64,000 bases of DNA, taken from NCBI GenBank assembly GCA_016206785.1, contig JACQQV010000048.1, positions 1,889-65,888 on the forward strand, given 5' to 3'. The DNA comes from Candidatus Omnitrophota bacterium (lineage in GTDB: Bacteria; Omnitrophota; Gorgyraeia; JACQQV01). Numbering within the stretch: position 1 is the stretch's first letter; each line of letters opens with the position of its first letter. The notes under the pieces are model-generated. The model did no database searches. It was not told the DNA's origin and was given only the letters and a program-made list of their open reading frames with translations. Position numbers and translations under genes: made by a program. Positions 19,447 to 28,260 of the stretch are shown in pieces.

Positions 19447-20355
19447 ATGAGTGTTGATGTGGAGGGGGCAACCCATCTTTATGATGAGGCGACGGCGCTC
19501 ATGAGGAGGATTTTCCAGCAGGCCGAACAGAACGAACCGATTGATGGGAAAGAGATCGCAGAATTGGTTTGGCGCCTCGTAGAGCATATGACGCTGGGGG
19601 ATAAGGGGCTTGTTTATTTCACCAATCGCTCAACACCTCGGAATTACTTCATCGCCCAGTCTGTCAATGTCTGCATTCTTTCCCTTTTGGTCGGCGGGGC
19701 GTTAGGCTATGATACCTCCAAACTGCACGAATTGGGGGTGGCTGCACTTCTCCATGACATTGGGATGGTGAAGGTCCTCAAGATCGCCACCCAGCCGAGG
19801 AAATTGACCCCCGAAGAATTGGAAGAGATCCGGAAACACCCGACGTATGGGGTCCAGATTCTCCAGAAGATCGATCTGTTGCACGAATCGACCCTCTTCG
19901 TCTGCCGGGAGCATCGTCGGAGAAAGTGGGGAAAAGCCCCCGCCTCCCCCAGCGAGAAACTCGCAAGAGAATATGCGCAAATCGTGGGGACCATTGATAT
20001 CTATGTGGCGATGACACAGCCCCGCCCTTACCGGGAAGCCAAACTTTCTCATGAAGCGGTTCGGGAGCTGATCGGTACAGCGCTGGAAATTTTTGATACC
20101 CGCGTCATGAAAACCCTCATTAACCAGATTGGTATTTATCCGATCGGGTCGTGGGTGAAGTTGAACACAGAAGAGATCGCGCGGGTGGTGGGGCAGAACC
20201 AAAATTTTCCCCTCCATCCGATCGTCGAAATCCTTTTTGATCCGAAGGGCCATTTCTTAGAGACCACGAAGACATACGATCTCTTCAAACAACAGATCCT
20301 CTATATTAAAGAACCGGTCGATTATCAGAAATTGCAACTGTCTGGAAAAGAGTGA
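19447..20355 (+). CDS. HD-domain phosphohydrolase, HD-GYP-like but with a degenerate GYP motif
   Basis: The HD core 'ALLHDIGMV' is present. 'EHRRRKWGKA' sits where HHExxDGxGYP is expected. Confidence 0.65.
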   Translation: MSVDVEGATHLYDEATALMRRIFQQAEQNEPIDGKEIAELVWRLVEHMTLGDKGLVYFTNRSTPRNYFIAQSVNVCILSLLVGGALGYDTSKLHELGVAALLHDIGMVKVLKIATQPRKLTPEELEEIRKHPTYGVQILQKIDLLHESTLFVCREHRRRKWGKAPASPSEKLAREYAQIVGTIDIYVAMTQPRPYREAKLSHEAVRELIGTALEIFDTRVMKTLINQIGIYPIGSWVKLNTEEIARVVGQNQNFPLHPIVEILFDPKGHFLETTKTYDLFKQQILYIKEPVDYQKLQLSGKE

Positions 20356-20376
20356 CAGAAGGAAGGGGGTGATCGA

Positions 20377-20550
20377 GTGAAAGGATTAGCCAATGCACTT
20401 TTGGTGATTGCAGCACTCAGCCTTGTGGTCGGCATCATTTCACGGTTAACGATGCAACCAATCGGGGGAGGGCTTGAGGCCCATGCATTTCTTGATTTTG
20501 CCCAGACCCTTCTCTTGGCCGTGATCGCGCTTTCCGTCCTTAAAAAGTAA
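20377..20550 (+). CDS. Possible small hydrophobic protein (57 aa, two predicted transmembrane helices), GTG start
   Basis: The translation is 'VKGLANALLVIAALSLVVGIISRLTMQPIGGGLEAHAFLDFAQTLLLAVIALSVLKK'. It is below the ORF-track size cutoff. A purine-rich SD-like sequence lies upstream. Confidence 0.3.
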   Translation: MKGLANALLVIAALSLVVGIISRLTMQPIGGGLEAHAFLDFAQTLLLAVIALSVLKK

Positions 20551-20561
20551 ATCACGCACAA

Positions 20562-20603
20562 GGGCCCCCCGTTTCACTGGACTTCCAGTGAAACGGGGGG
20601 CTC
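20562..20603 (+). promoter_or_regulatory. Very stable hairpin with a 16-19 bp perfect stem (CCCCCCGTTTCACTGG / CCAGTGAAACGGGGGG) and no U-tract; candidate RNA structure or protein-binding palindrome
   Basis: Seen directly in the sequence. It lies about 27 nt upstream of the RBS and ATG of the sensor gene. Confidence 0.5.
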
Positions 20604-20626
20604 TCCTCGAAGAGGTGGGGGGTCCA

Positions 20627-22042
20627 ATGACAAATTTTTTTAAGACACTTTCGCTCACGCCGCAGAAATTGCGCTATAAATTAGGAATCGCTTTCTTTCT
20701 CATGTCACTCATCCCTCTCTTTGTTTGCACCTTTTTTGTTCTTGCCTATATCTACCCCGAAACCCGCTATGATTTTACAATCGGTTCTTCAGCGATGTTC
20801 GTCATTATTGCCATCACCCTTTTTATCACCCTTCTCGGTTTTAGTGTCATCCGACAGATGGTGGATCCTGTCGTGACCATCGCCCGCAAGGCGAAGCAGG
20901 TTGCGGAGGGAAGGACAGACGCCGCCTTTGACATCGTTCGAGAAGATGAGATCGGGGACTTGAGCGATTCTCTCACTAAGATGACCTCGCGGATCAAAGA
21001 GACGATCACCGAGCTCCATGCTTATAGTGAAAAGACAAAAGAGATTAACATTGAGATCCAACAAAAAGTGCTCACCCTTTCGAACCTTCTCCAGATCGGG
21101 AACCTCATTTCTGCTGGGACCCCCTTGGAGGAGGTGATCGGAGCGATCATCGAAAAATTGGGTCAGTTGGAGATGACCGCCTCTTCGTTTATCTACGTTT
21201 TGGAGTCGGAAGGAGTCCTCATACGCAGATGGGTTCAGAACATTGAGCCATCCCTCCTTCCGGAAAGGGTCACTTTTGGGAGCGGACTCTTGGGCAAGGT
21301 GGCGAGCCAAGGAGAAGGATTGATCGTCGATTCCAAGGGAGGGGGTGGGCTGGAGACCAAAGAATTAAGGTACACCCTTCGCCTTAAGAATCTTGCAATC
21401 TTTCCGGTGACGTCCCGTGGCGTGGTGGTGGGACTCTTAGGCGCAGGGAATAATCTGGATCAGTTCTTCTTCCGCGAGGATGATCTTGAAACGATCAGAG
21501 TTTTTGTAAAACAGATTTCGATTGCGGTCGAGAACGATCTCTTGACGAAACGGGCGAAAGAGCTTCAGATGAAAGATGAACTCACAAAGCTTTACAACGA
21601 GAAGTTCACGCGCCAGCGCCTCGAAGAAGAGATCAGGCGGGCGATCCGTTATCAAAGGCCCTGTTCCCTCATCCTTGTCGATATCGATCATTTCCAGATG
21701 GTGAAAACCCAATCGCAACCAGAACTGTTGAAACAAGTGGCCAAGGAGATCGAAAAGCAGATTACAGAGGTGGATCGGGCCGCACGGTTTGACCGGGATC
21801 TTTTCGCCCTGATCATTCCGGAGAGAAACAAGAAAGAAGCGACCCAATTGGCGGAGAGTCTCCGCCGGACGATCGAAGAGCAATATGGCCAAGGAAGAGG
21901 GTTTCAGGGGCAAAAGGTCACCATGAGTGCCGGTGTTTCGGAAAATCCGATTGATGGGTCCACGGCAGAAGCGCTTATTCAAAAAGCGAAAGAGGCGCTC
22001 ACCACAGCAAAATCGCTGGGAAAGAATCGCGTGGTCGCGTAG
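20627..22042 (+). CDS. Membrane-anchored HAMP-GAF protein with a degenerate GGDEF domain (likely non-catalytic)
   Basis: A transmembrane segment, a HAMP domain and a GAF-like region are followed by a GGDEF fold ('LILVDIDHFQMV', 'RFDRDLFALIIPE' instead of RYGGEEF, and 'GKNRVV'). A start at 20588 is an alternative. Confidence 0.7.
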   Translation: MTNFFKTLSLTPQKLRYKLGIAFFLMSLIPLFVCTFFVLAYIYPETRYDFTIGSSAMFVIIAITLFITLLGFSVIRQMVDPVVTIARKAKQVAEGRTDAAFDIVREDEIGDLSDSLTKMTSRIKETITELHAYSEKTKEINIEIQQKVLTLSNLLQIGNLISAGTPLEEVIGAIIEKLGQLEMTASSFIYVLESEGVLIRRWVQNIEPSLLPERVTFGSGLLGKVASQGEGLIVDSKGGGGLETKELRYTLRLKNLAIFPVTSRGVVVGLLGAGNNLDQFFFREDDLETIRVFVKQISIAVENDLLTKRAKELQMKDELTKLYNEKFTRQRLEEEIRRAIRYQRPCSLILVDIDHFQMVKTQSQPELLKQVAKEIEKQITEVDRAARFDRDLFALIIPERNKKEATQLAESLRRTIEEQYGQGRGFQGQKVTMSAGVSENPIDGSTAEALIQKAKEALTTAKSLGKNRVVA

Positions 22043-22073
22043 TCCACAACGTTAAAAAGGAGAGATTGCGAAA

Positions 22074-23147
22074 ATGGCTGTTGAGACTCAAATCATTGAT
22101 TATTTGCGGCGGATGGTGACACGGGATGCCTCAGATCTCCACCTCACCGCTGGCTCTCCTCCCCGGGTGCGGGTCGATGAGCAGTTGGTGAACCTGGATG
22201 AGACCCTCCTTTCCGGGGATCGTGTGAAAGAACTCGCTTACAGTATTTTAACCCCTCAACAGGTGGAGCGCTTTGAGAGGGAGAAAGAGCTTGACATGGC
22301 CTTTGGGATAGAAGGCTTAAGCCGTTACCGCGTGAATGTCTTTATGCAGAAAGGGACCGTGGCGGCCGCGATCCGTACCCTCCCGCACAAAATTCGAACC
22401 TTTGAGGAATGCGGCCTGCCGATCACGGTGGTCACAAACCTCTGCAAACAACCGAAGGGATTGGTGTTGGTCACCGGGGCAACGGGAAGCGGGAAATCGA
22501 CCACCTTGGCCTCGATGATCAATAAGATTAACAGTGAACGGAAATGCCATGTCATTACCGTCGAGGACCCGATCGAATACGTCTTTAAAAATGACAAGGC
22601 CTTGATTCAGCAACGGGAGGTCGGGGAAGATACACTCTCTTTTGCCCAATCTCTCCGTCGAATCTTAAGGCAGGACCCGGATGTGATCTTGATCGGAGAG
22701 ATGCGCGATCTTGAGACGATCCGGGCGGCTTTGAACATTGCGGAAACAGGACACCTTGTTTTTGCCACCCTTCATACCTCTGATGCGGTCTCCTCGATCA
22801 ACCGTGTCATTGACGTCTTCCCCTCTTCCCAGCAGCAACAGGTGCGGGTCCAGCTCTCTTTTGTGCTGATGGCGGTTTTGTCTCAGCAACTCATCCCACA
22901 TGCGCAGGGGAAAGGGCGCGTCTTGGCGGCGGAGGTCTTGATTGCCAACCATGCGGTCCGAAGTCTCATCCGGGAGGCCAAAATTCACCAGATCTACTCC
23001 ATCGTCCAGACGGCGAGTCGTGAAGGGATGCGTACGATGAACCAATCCCTTTATGAACTCTACGTCAAGAAGGCGCTCACCCTCGAGAACGCCTTGTCAC
23101 GTACCCTCGAAGTCGAAGAACTCGAAAGACTTATCAGCCGTTCCTAA
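22074..23147 (+). CDS. pilT: Type IV pilus retraction ATPase PilT
   Basis: The Walker A is 'GATGSGKSTT'. The motifs 'VEDPIEYV' and 'ILIGEMRD' were seen. Confidence 0.9.
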   Translation: MAVETQIIDYLRRMVTRDASDLHLTAGSPPRVRVDEQLVNLDETLLSGDRVKELAYSILTPQQVERFEREKELDMAFGIEGLSRYRVNVFMQKGTVAAAIRTLPHKIRTFEECGLPITVVTNLCKQPKGLVLVTGATGSGKSTTLASMINKINSERKCHVITVEDPIEYVFKNDKALIQQREVGEDTLSFAQSLRRILRQDPDVILIGEMRDLETIRAALNIAETGHLVFATLHTSDAVSSINRVIDVFPSSQQQQVRVQLSFVLMAVLSQQLIPHAQGKGRVLAAEVLIANHAVRSLIREAKIHQIYSIVQTASREGMRTMNQSLYELYVKKALTLENALSRTLEVEELERLISRS

Positions 23148-23159
23148 AGGGAGTTTCGT

Positions 23160-23621
23160 GTGAGCGTAAGCAAGCGACTGATTACAAAGCAGCTGGGTGA
23201 ACTTCTGATTGAACGGGGTGTCATCACAAAAGACCAGGTTGAAAAGGCCCTCGCGGTTCAAAAAGAAGAAGGGGGCCTCATTGGTCAAATCCTCGTCAGA
23301 CTCGGCTTTACCACTGAAGAAGAAATCGCCCAGGCGCTCACTGCCCAATTCGGGTTTCCCTACCTTCCTCTCAAAAACTATGAGATTGCGGGTGATGTGA
23401 TCAAGCTTGTTCCTGAGAATGTCGCCCGGCAATATTGTCTGATTCCGGTGGACCGGATCGGGAACGCCCTTACCATCGCGATGTCGAATCCCTTAAATGT
23501 CCAAGCGCAGGAAGATATTGAACTCATTACGAAATGCAAAGTTCAGGTATTCGTTTCAACGATGACCGACATCAACGACGCCATCAACCGTTCTTATGCG
23601 CAGGGAGATAACCCCATCTAA
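23160..23621 (+). CDS. Stand-alone GspE-N/MshEN domain protein (predicted c-di-GMP-binding)
   Basis: The sequence 'LGELLIERGVITKDQVEKALAVQ' and 'CLIPVDRIGNALTIAMSNPLN' matches the MshEN fold. The start is GTG. Confidence 0.7.
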   Translation: MSVSKRLITKQLGELLIERGVITKDQVEKALAVQKEEGGLIGQILVRLGFTTEEEIAQALTAQFGFPYLPLKNYEIAGDVIKLVPENVARQYCLIPVDRIGNALTIAMSNPLNVQAQEDIELITKCKVQVFVSTMTDINDAINRSYAQGDNPI

Positions 23622-23632
23622 CGAGGACGGAG

Positions 23633-25348
23633 ATGCCCCCCTCTCTCAAACAGAAATTAAGTGATTTCCTCATCGAAAAAAAGGTGCTCACCCCCGAGAC
23701 GCTGGAGCAGGCACTGCAAAAGCAAAAGGAGAAGGGGGGGCGTTTAAGCCCTATCCTCATCGAAATGGGGGTTGTTTCTGAAAAGGATCTTGTCGCGCTT
23801 CTCAGCGAAAACTTAGGGATCCCGCCTGTAGACCTTTCCCGTTTTGAAATAGACCCTGCCATGGCCAAAGTGATTTCTCGTGAAATCGCCTACCACTACG
23901 AAATCGTTCCCATTTCAAAAATCGGAGACACCGTGACGATCGCGATTGCCGATCCTTTAAATCTCTTTGCCGCGGAGGAGATCAAGGCGCTGACAGGACT
24001 GGAGATCCGCCCGACGATCGCCACAGAGGTGGACATTCGGGGGGCCCTTCGCAAACTCTACGATCAATCGATGCAGCAAGCCATTGAAGATGTTGTCAAG
24101 CGGATCAAGCAGACGACCAAAGATAAGGTGGAACTGGTTGAAGCAGAGGAAGGGGAGGCCATCGGGTCAGAAGAGCTTCTCCGGTTGACCCAAGGGGCCC
24201 CCGTGGTCCAGGTGACCAATCTGGTCCTTGAAGAGGCCTGCCGCCTGCGTGCCAGCGATATCCTGATCGAGCCGATGCAGGACACCGTTCGGATCCGCTA
24301 TCGCGTGGATGGGATTCTCAAAACAGGCACCGCTCCTCCCCGAACGATGCATGAGGCGGTTGTCTCGCGTATTAAGGTCATGTCGAACATGGATATTGCG
24401 GAGAGGCGTCTTCCTCAGGATGGACGATTTAAGATGAAACTTCAAGAGCGCGAGATCGATTTTCGTGTCTCTACCGTCCCCTCCAGTTTCGGAGAGAAGG
24501 TGGCCCTCCGCGTCTTGGACAAATCACAGGCCCCCTTAAATCTTGATGGTTTAGGATTTGAGGAGAAACCGCTAGAAGACATGAAAAAGGCAAGTCTCCG
24601 TCCCTATGGCATGATCCTTGTCTGCGGGCCGACAGGGAGTGGAAAGACGACCACCCTTTATTCCATCCTCAAGTATGTGGACTCTCCTGAAAAAAATATT
24701 GTGACGGTGGAAGACCCGGTTGAATTTCAACTGGAAGGGATTAACCAGGTGACCGCGCGAACCGACATCGGTCTCACTTATGCCGCGGCGCTCCGCTCCA
24801 TCTTAAGGCAAGACCCCGATATCATCATGGTCGGTGAAATCAGGGACTTCGAAACGGTGGATGTAGGGATCAAGGCGGCCCTGACAGGTCATCTGGTCTT
24901 AAGTACGCTTCATACCACAACCGCCTGCGGGGCGGTCGTGCGGCTTTTAAACATGGGGGTGGAACCTTTTTTGATTACTTCCGCTGTGACGCTGGCTTGT
25001 TCCCAGCGTCTCTTGCGGAAACTTTGTAGTGCCTGCAGAAAACCGTATCGGTTGGATGCAGCATTGGCGGGAAGGTTAGGACTCCCGTTTGATCCCAAGG
25101 AAGAGGTCAAGTTTTATAGGGGTGCAGGATGCTCCCAATGTTTCGGCACAGGATACTCCGGTCGCATGGGGGTCATGGAGACTCTGCCCCTTACCCCTCG
25201 GATTCGAGAATTGGTGTTAAATCGTGCGCGAGAGAGTGAACTCCTTGCCGAGGCGAAGAAAGAGGGGCTCGTCACACTCCGGGAGGATGCCCTGTCCAAG
25301 GCGCGGGAGGGGAAGACCTCTCTTGAGGAAGTGTTTCGGGTGACTTAA
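23633..25348 (+). CDS. PilB/GspE/MshE-type secretion ATPase with N-terminal MshEN domain
   Basis: The N-terminus 'LSDFLIEKKVLTPETLEQALQKQ' is MshEN. The Walker A is 'GPTGSGKTTT'. The tetracysteine motif is 'CSACRK...CSQCFGTGYSGR'. Confidence 0.85.
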   Translation: MPPSLKQKLSDFLIEKKVLTPETLEQALQKQKEKGGRLSPILIEMGVVSEKDLVALLSENLGIPPVDLSRFEIDPAMAKVISREIAYHYEIVPISKIGDTVTIAIADPLNLFAAEEIKALTGLEIRPTIATEVDIRGALRKLYDQSMQQAIEDVVKRIKQTTKDKVELVEAEEGEAIGSEELLRLTQGAPVVQVTNLVLEEACRLRASDILIEPMQDTVRIRYRVDGILKTGTAPPRTMHEAVVSRIKVMSNMDIAERRLPQDGRFKMKLQEREIDFRVSTVPSSFGEKVALRVLDKSQAPLNLDGLGFEEKPLEDMKKASLRPYGMILVCGPTGSGKTTTLYSILKYVDSPEKNIVTVEDPVEFQLEGINQVTARTDIGLTYAAALRSILRQDPDIIMVGEIRDFETVDVGIKAALTGHLVLSTLHTTTACGAVVRLLNMGVEPFLITSAVTLACSQRLLRKLCSACRKPYRLDAALAGRLGLPFDPKEEVKFYRGAGCSQCFGTGYSGRMGVMETLPLTPRIRELVLNRARESELLAEAKKEGLVTLREDALSKAREGKTSLEEVFRVT

Positions 25349-25349
25349 A

Positions 25350-27050
25350 GTGGCTGAAACGTTTCGAGAGCGACTTACGTCGCTCCTTCTTAAAAGCGAT
25401 CTCGTCGATAAAAAGAAATTGGAGCATGCCCTTGCCATTCAGAAGAAAGAGGGGGGGGCGCTGAGCCAGATCCTTGTCCGGGAAGGATGGATTTCCGAGA
25501 AGGAACTCCTTGCCCTTTTGAGCCAGGAACTGGACATTCCCCCCATCGACCTTTCTCGGTTTAAAATTGATCCCGAAATTGCAAAGATGGTTCCGGAACG
25601 GATCGCCCGCCAGTATCACCTCATTCCGATCTCGCGGATCGGCAACACCCTTGTCATCTCCATGGCAGACCCCTTGAATATTTTCGCGATGGATGATTTG
25701 AGAATGCTTACCCATTATCAGATCGATCCTGTCTTGAGCACCGATAAAGATATTCTGGCGGCGATTGACAGGATTTACACGCCGCAAGATCTTAAAATTT
25801 CCCGGATTCTGGAGGGAGCGGAGATCGATGTTTCTACCGACTTGACCGACCAGGAGGAGGTGGATCTTGAGGCGATCGCAAAGAGTCCAGAAAAGGTTCC
25901 GATCGTAGAGATCGTGAATCTCATTTTGATCGAAGCGCTCGACAAACGGGCAAGCGACATTCATCTCGAACCGGGAGAGGACCGCCTGCGCATACGCTAC
26001 CGGATCGACGGAAATCTACTCGATGCCGTTTCTTTGCCCAAGGAAAGCCAACAAGCGATCGCCTCGAGACTCAAGATCATGTGCGGGCTGGACATCACAG
26101 AAAGCCGGCTCCCGCAGGACGGGCGTTTCAGGATCCGTTTCCGGGGGAAGGAGATCGATTTCAGGGTTTCGGTCCTTCCGATCATGTACGGCGGAAAGAT
26201 GGTGCTGCGTATTCTGGATAAATCGGCTTTGCAGTTCGGGCTGGAACATCTCGGTTTCAATGCCGCTCCGCTCGTGAAATTCAAGGAGGCGGTGAAAAAA
26301 CCTTTCGGCATGATCCTCTTGACGGGACCGACAGGATGCGGAAAATCGACCACCCTTTATTCTCTCCTCCAAACGCTGAACGTCCCCGAACGAAACTTAA
26401 CCACCATCGAAGATCCGATTGAATACCAGGTCGAAGGGGTCACGCAGATCCAGGTTCATCCAGACATTGGGCTCACCTTTGCGGGCGGTCTCCGTTCGGT
26501 TCTCCGGCAAACACCCGATGTCATCATGGTGGGAGAGATTCGCGATTTCGAAACGGCCGACATCGCCGTCAAGTCCTCTCTGACCGGGCACCTCATTTTA
26601 AGTACCCTCCATACCAATGACGCTCCGAGTGCCATCACACGTCTGGTAGACATGGGGGTGGAGCCGTATCTCATCGCATCGAGCCTGATCGTCGTCGGTG
26701 CGCAAAGACTCTGCCGCGTGATCTGTACAAACTGCAAGGAGAAAGTGACTCTTGAGAAGTCTCTTCTGGGGAGTATTGGACTGAAGGAACCGAAGCAGAA
26801 TACCTTTTACCAGGGAAAGGGTTGCCGGAAATGCGCCAAGACCGGCTACTTTGGCCGGATGGGGATTTTGGAGGTTCTCGAAGTCGATGACAAAGTGCGG
26901 GAGATGATTTTGAATCGTGCCTCAACGGCCGAGTTGACCGACTATGCGAGGAAACATGGGATGATCACCCTCCACGAGGATGCCTTGAAAAAGTTTGAAA
27001 TGGGATTTACCACCCTTGAGGAAGTCATGCGCGTCACTGTCCAGGAGTAA
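25350..27050 (+). CDS. Second PilB/GspE/MshE-type ATPase with N-terminal MshEN domain (tandem paralog)
   Basis: The N-terminus 'LTSLLLKSDLVDKKKLEHALAIQ' is MshEN. The Walker A is 'GPTGCGKSTT'. The tetracysteine motif is 'CTNCKE...CRKCAKTGYFGR'. The start is GTG. Confidence 0.85.
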   Translation: MAETFRERLTSLLLKSDLVDKKKLEHALAIQKKEGGALSQILVREGWISEKELLALLSQELDIPPIDLSRFKIDPEIAKMVPERIARQYHLIPISRIGNTLVISMADPLNIFAMDDLRMLTHYQIDPVLSTDKDILAAIDRIYTPQDLKISRILEGAEIDVSTDLTDQEEVDLEAIAKSPEKVPIVEIVNLILIEALDKRASDIHLEPGEDRLRIRYRIDGNLLDAVSLPKESQQAIASRLKIMCGLDITESRLPQDGRFRIRFRGKEIDFRVSVLPIMYGGKMVLRILDKSALQFGLEHLGFNAAPLVKFKEAVKKPFGMILLTGPTGCGKSTTLYSLLQTLNVPERNLTTIEDPIEYQVEGVTQIQVHPDIGLTFAGGLRSVLRQTPDVIMVGEIRDFETADIAVKSSLTGHLILSTLHTNDAPSAITRLVDMGVEPYLIASSLIVVGAQRLCRVICTNCKEKVTLEKSLLGSIGLKEPKQNTFYQGKGCRKCAKTGYFGRMGILEVLEVDDKVREMILNRASTAELTDYARKHGMITLHEDALKKFEMGFTTLEEVMRVTVQE

Positions 27051-27053
27051 CCG

Positions 27054-28259
27054 ATGCCCACTTATCGATATACCGCAAAAGATCAGGAAGGTCGCTCGAT
27101 TACAGGAGTCTCGAAGGTTGGGTCCCAGACCCTTCTCATCGATGCGCTCCGGAAAAAGGACCTTGTCATCATCTCCGTTACCCAGGAAAAAGATAAGAAA
27201 AAACAGATCGTCATTAGAGGCGGGATTAGGCTGGATGATATTGTCCTTTTTTCAAGACAACTTGCGACCATGGTCGATAGCGGGATTCCTCTCCTACAAA
27301 GCCTCGATATCCTCACCGAACAGATCGAGAATCCTTCCTTCCGACGGATTATTATGAAAACGCGCAATGACGTAGAGACCGGGAGTTCTCTTTCTGGTGC
27401 CCTCTCCAAGCATGTCCGCGTTTTTTCTCCCTTGTACATCAACATGGTCAAGGCCGGCGAATCGAGTGGAATGCTCGATGATATTTTGGATCGGCTTGCC
27501 ACGTATCTTGAGAAGATGAATGCCCTCCGGCGAAAAGTAAAATCTGCGCTCATCTATCCCGCTGTGGTGGTGACCATGGCGATCCTTATCACCACCTTTT
27601 TGATGCTTAAAGTGATTCCGACCTTTAAGGGAATCTTTGAGACACTGGGAGGGACCCTCCCCCTTCCCACGCGTACCTTGATCGCGGTGAGCGATTTCCT
27701 GAATCGATACTTTCTCTACGGCGTGGGGGTTCTGATCCTTCTTGTGGTGGCCCTTGTTCTGTACACCCGGACCGAAAAGGGAAGACTTAACCGAGACCGT
27801 GTCCTCATGCATCTTCCCATTTTCGGGAAACTGTTTCAGAAGGCGACGGTGGCTCGCTTTTCAAGAACCCTTTCCACCTTGGTTAAAAGTGGTGTTCCGA
27901 TCCTCTCAAGTCTTGAGATCGTGGGAAAAAGCGCCGGCAACAAAGTGATCGAGATGGCGCTGGAGGAAGCCCGTGCTTCGATTCGAGAGGGGGAAAATAT
28001 CGCCGGTCCCCTTTCCAAGAGGGGGGTTTTCCCACCCATGGTCATCCGGATGATCGCGGTCGGGGAGGAGACGGGCGAACTCGAAAAGATGCTTTCCAAG
28101 ATTTCCGATTTTTATGAAGAACAGGTGGAGGCGGCAGTCGCTGGGCTTACCTCCATTATCGAACCTTTGATCATCGGTTTCCTGGGTGTTGTCGTGGGGG
28201 GGATTGTGGTCTCCATGTTTTTACCCATCTTTAAGTTAACGGAACTCATTTCAAAATAA
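27054..28259 (+). CDS. pilC: Type IV pilus/T2SS platform protein PilC/GspF family
   Basis: The two-repeat GspF architecture is present, with 'GIPLLQSLDIL' and 'GVPILSSLEIV'. Confidence 0.9.
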   Translation: MPTYRYTAKDQEGRSITGVSKVGSQTLLIDALRKKDLVIISVTQEKDKKKQIVIRGGIRLDDIVLFSRQLATMVDSGIPLLQSLDILTEQIENPSFRRIIMKTRNDVETGSSLSGALSKHVRVFSPLYINMVKAGESSGMLDDILDRLATYLEKMNALRRKVKSALIYPAVVVTMAILITTFLMLKVIPTFKGIFETLGGTLPLPTRTLIAVSDFLNRYFLYGVGVLILLVVALVLYTRTEKGRLNRDRVLMHLPIFGKLFQKATVARFSRTLSTLVKSGVPILSSLEIVGKSAGNKVIEMALEEARASIREGENIAGPLSKRGVFPPMVIRMIAVGEETGELEKMLSKISDFYEEQVEAAVAGLTSIIEPLIIGFLGVVVGGIVVSMFLPIFKLTELISK

Positions 28260-28260
28260 G

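Noticed and set aside
20588-20626. Upstream start (20588) for the HAMP-GAF-GGDEF gene
   Set aside because: That start would place the coding sequence inside the strong hairpin at 20562-20603. The ATG at 20627 follows a GGAGGTG-like RBS and begins directly with the membrane anchor.
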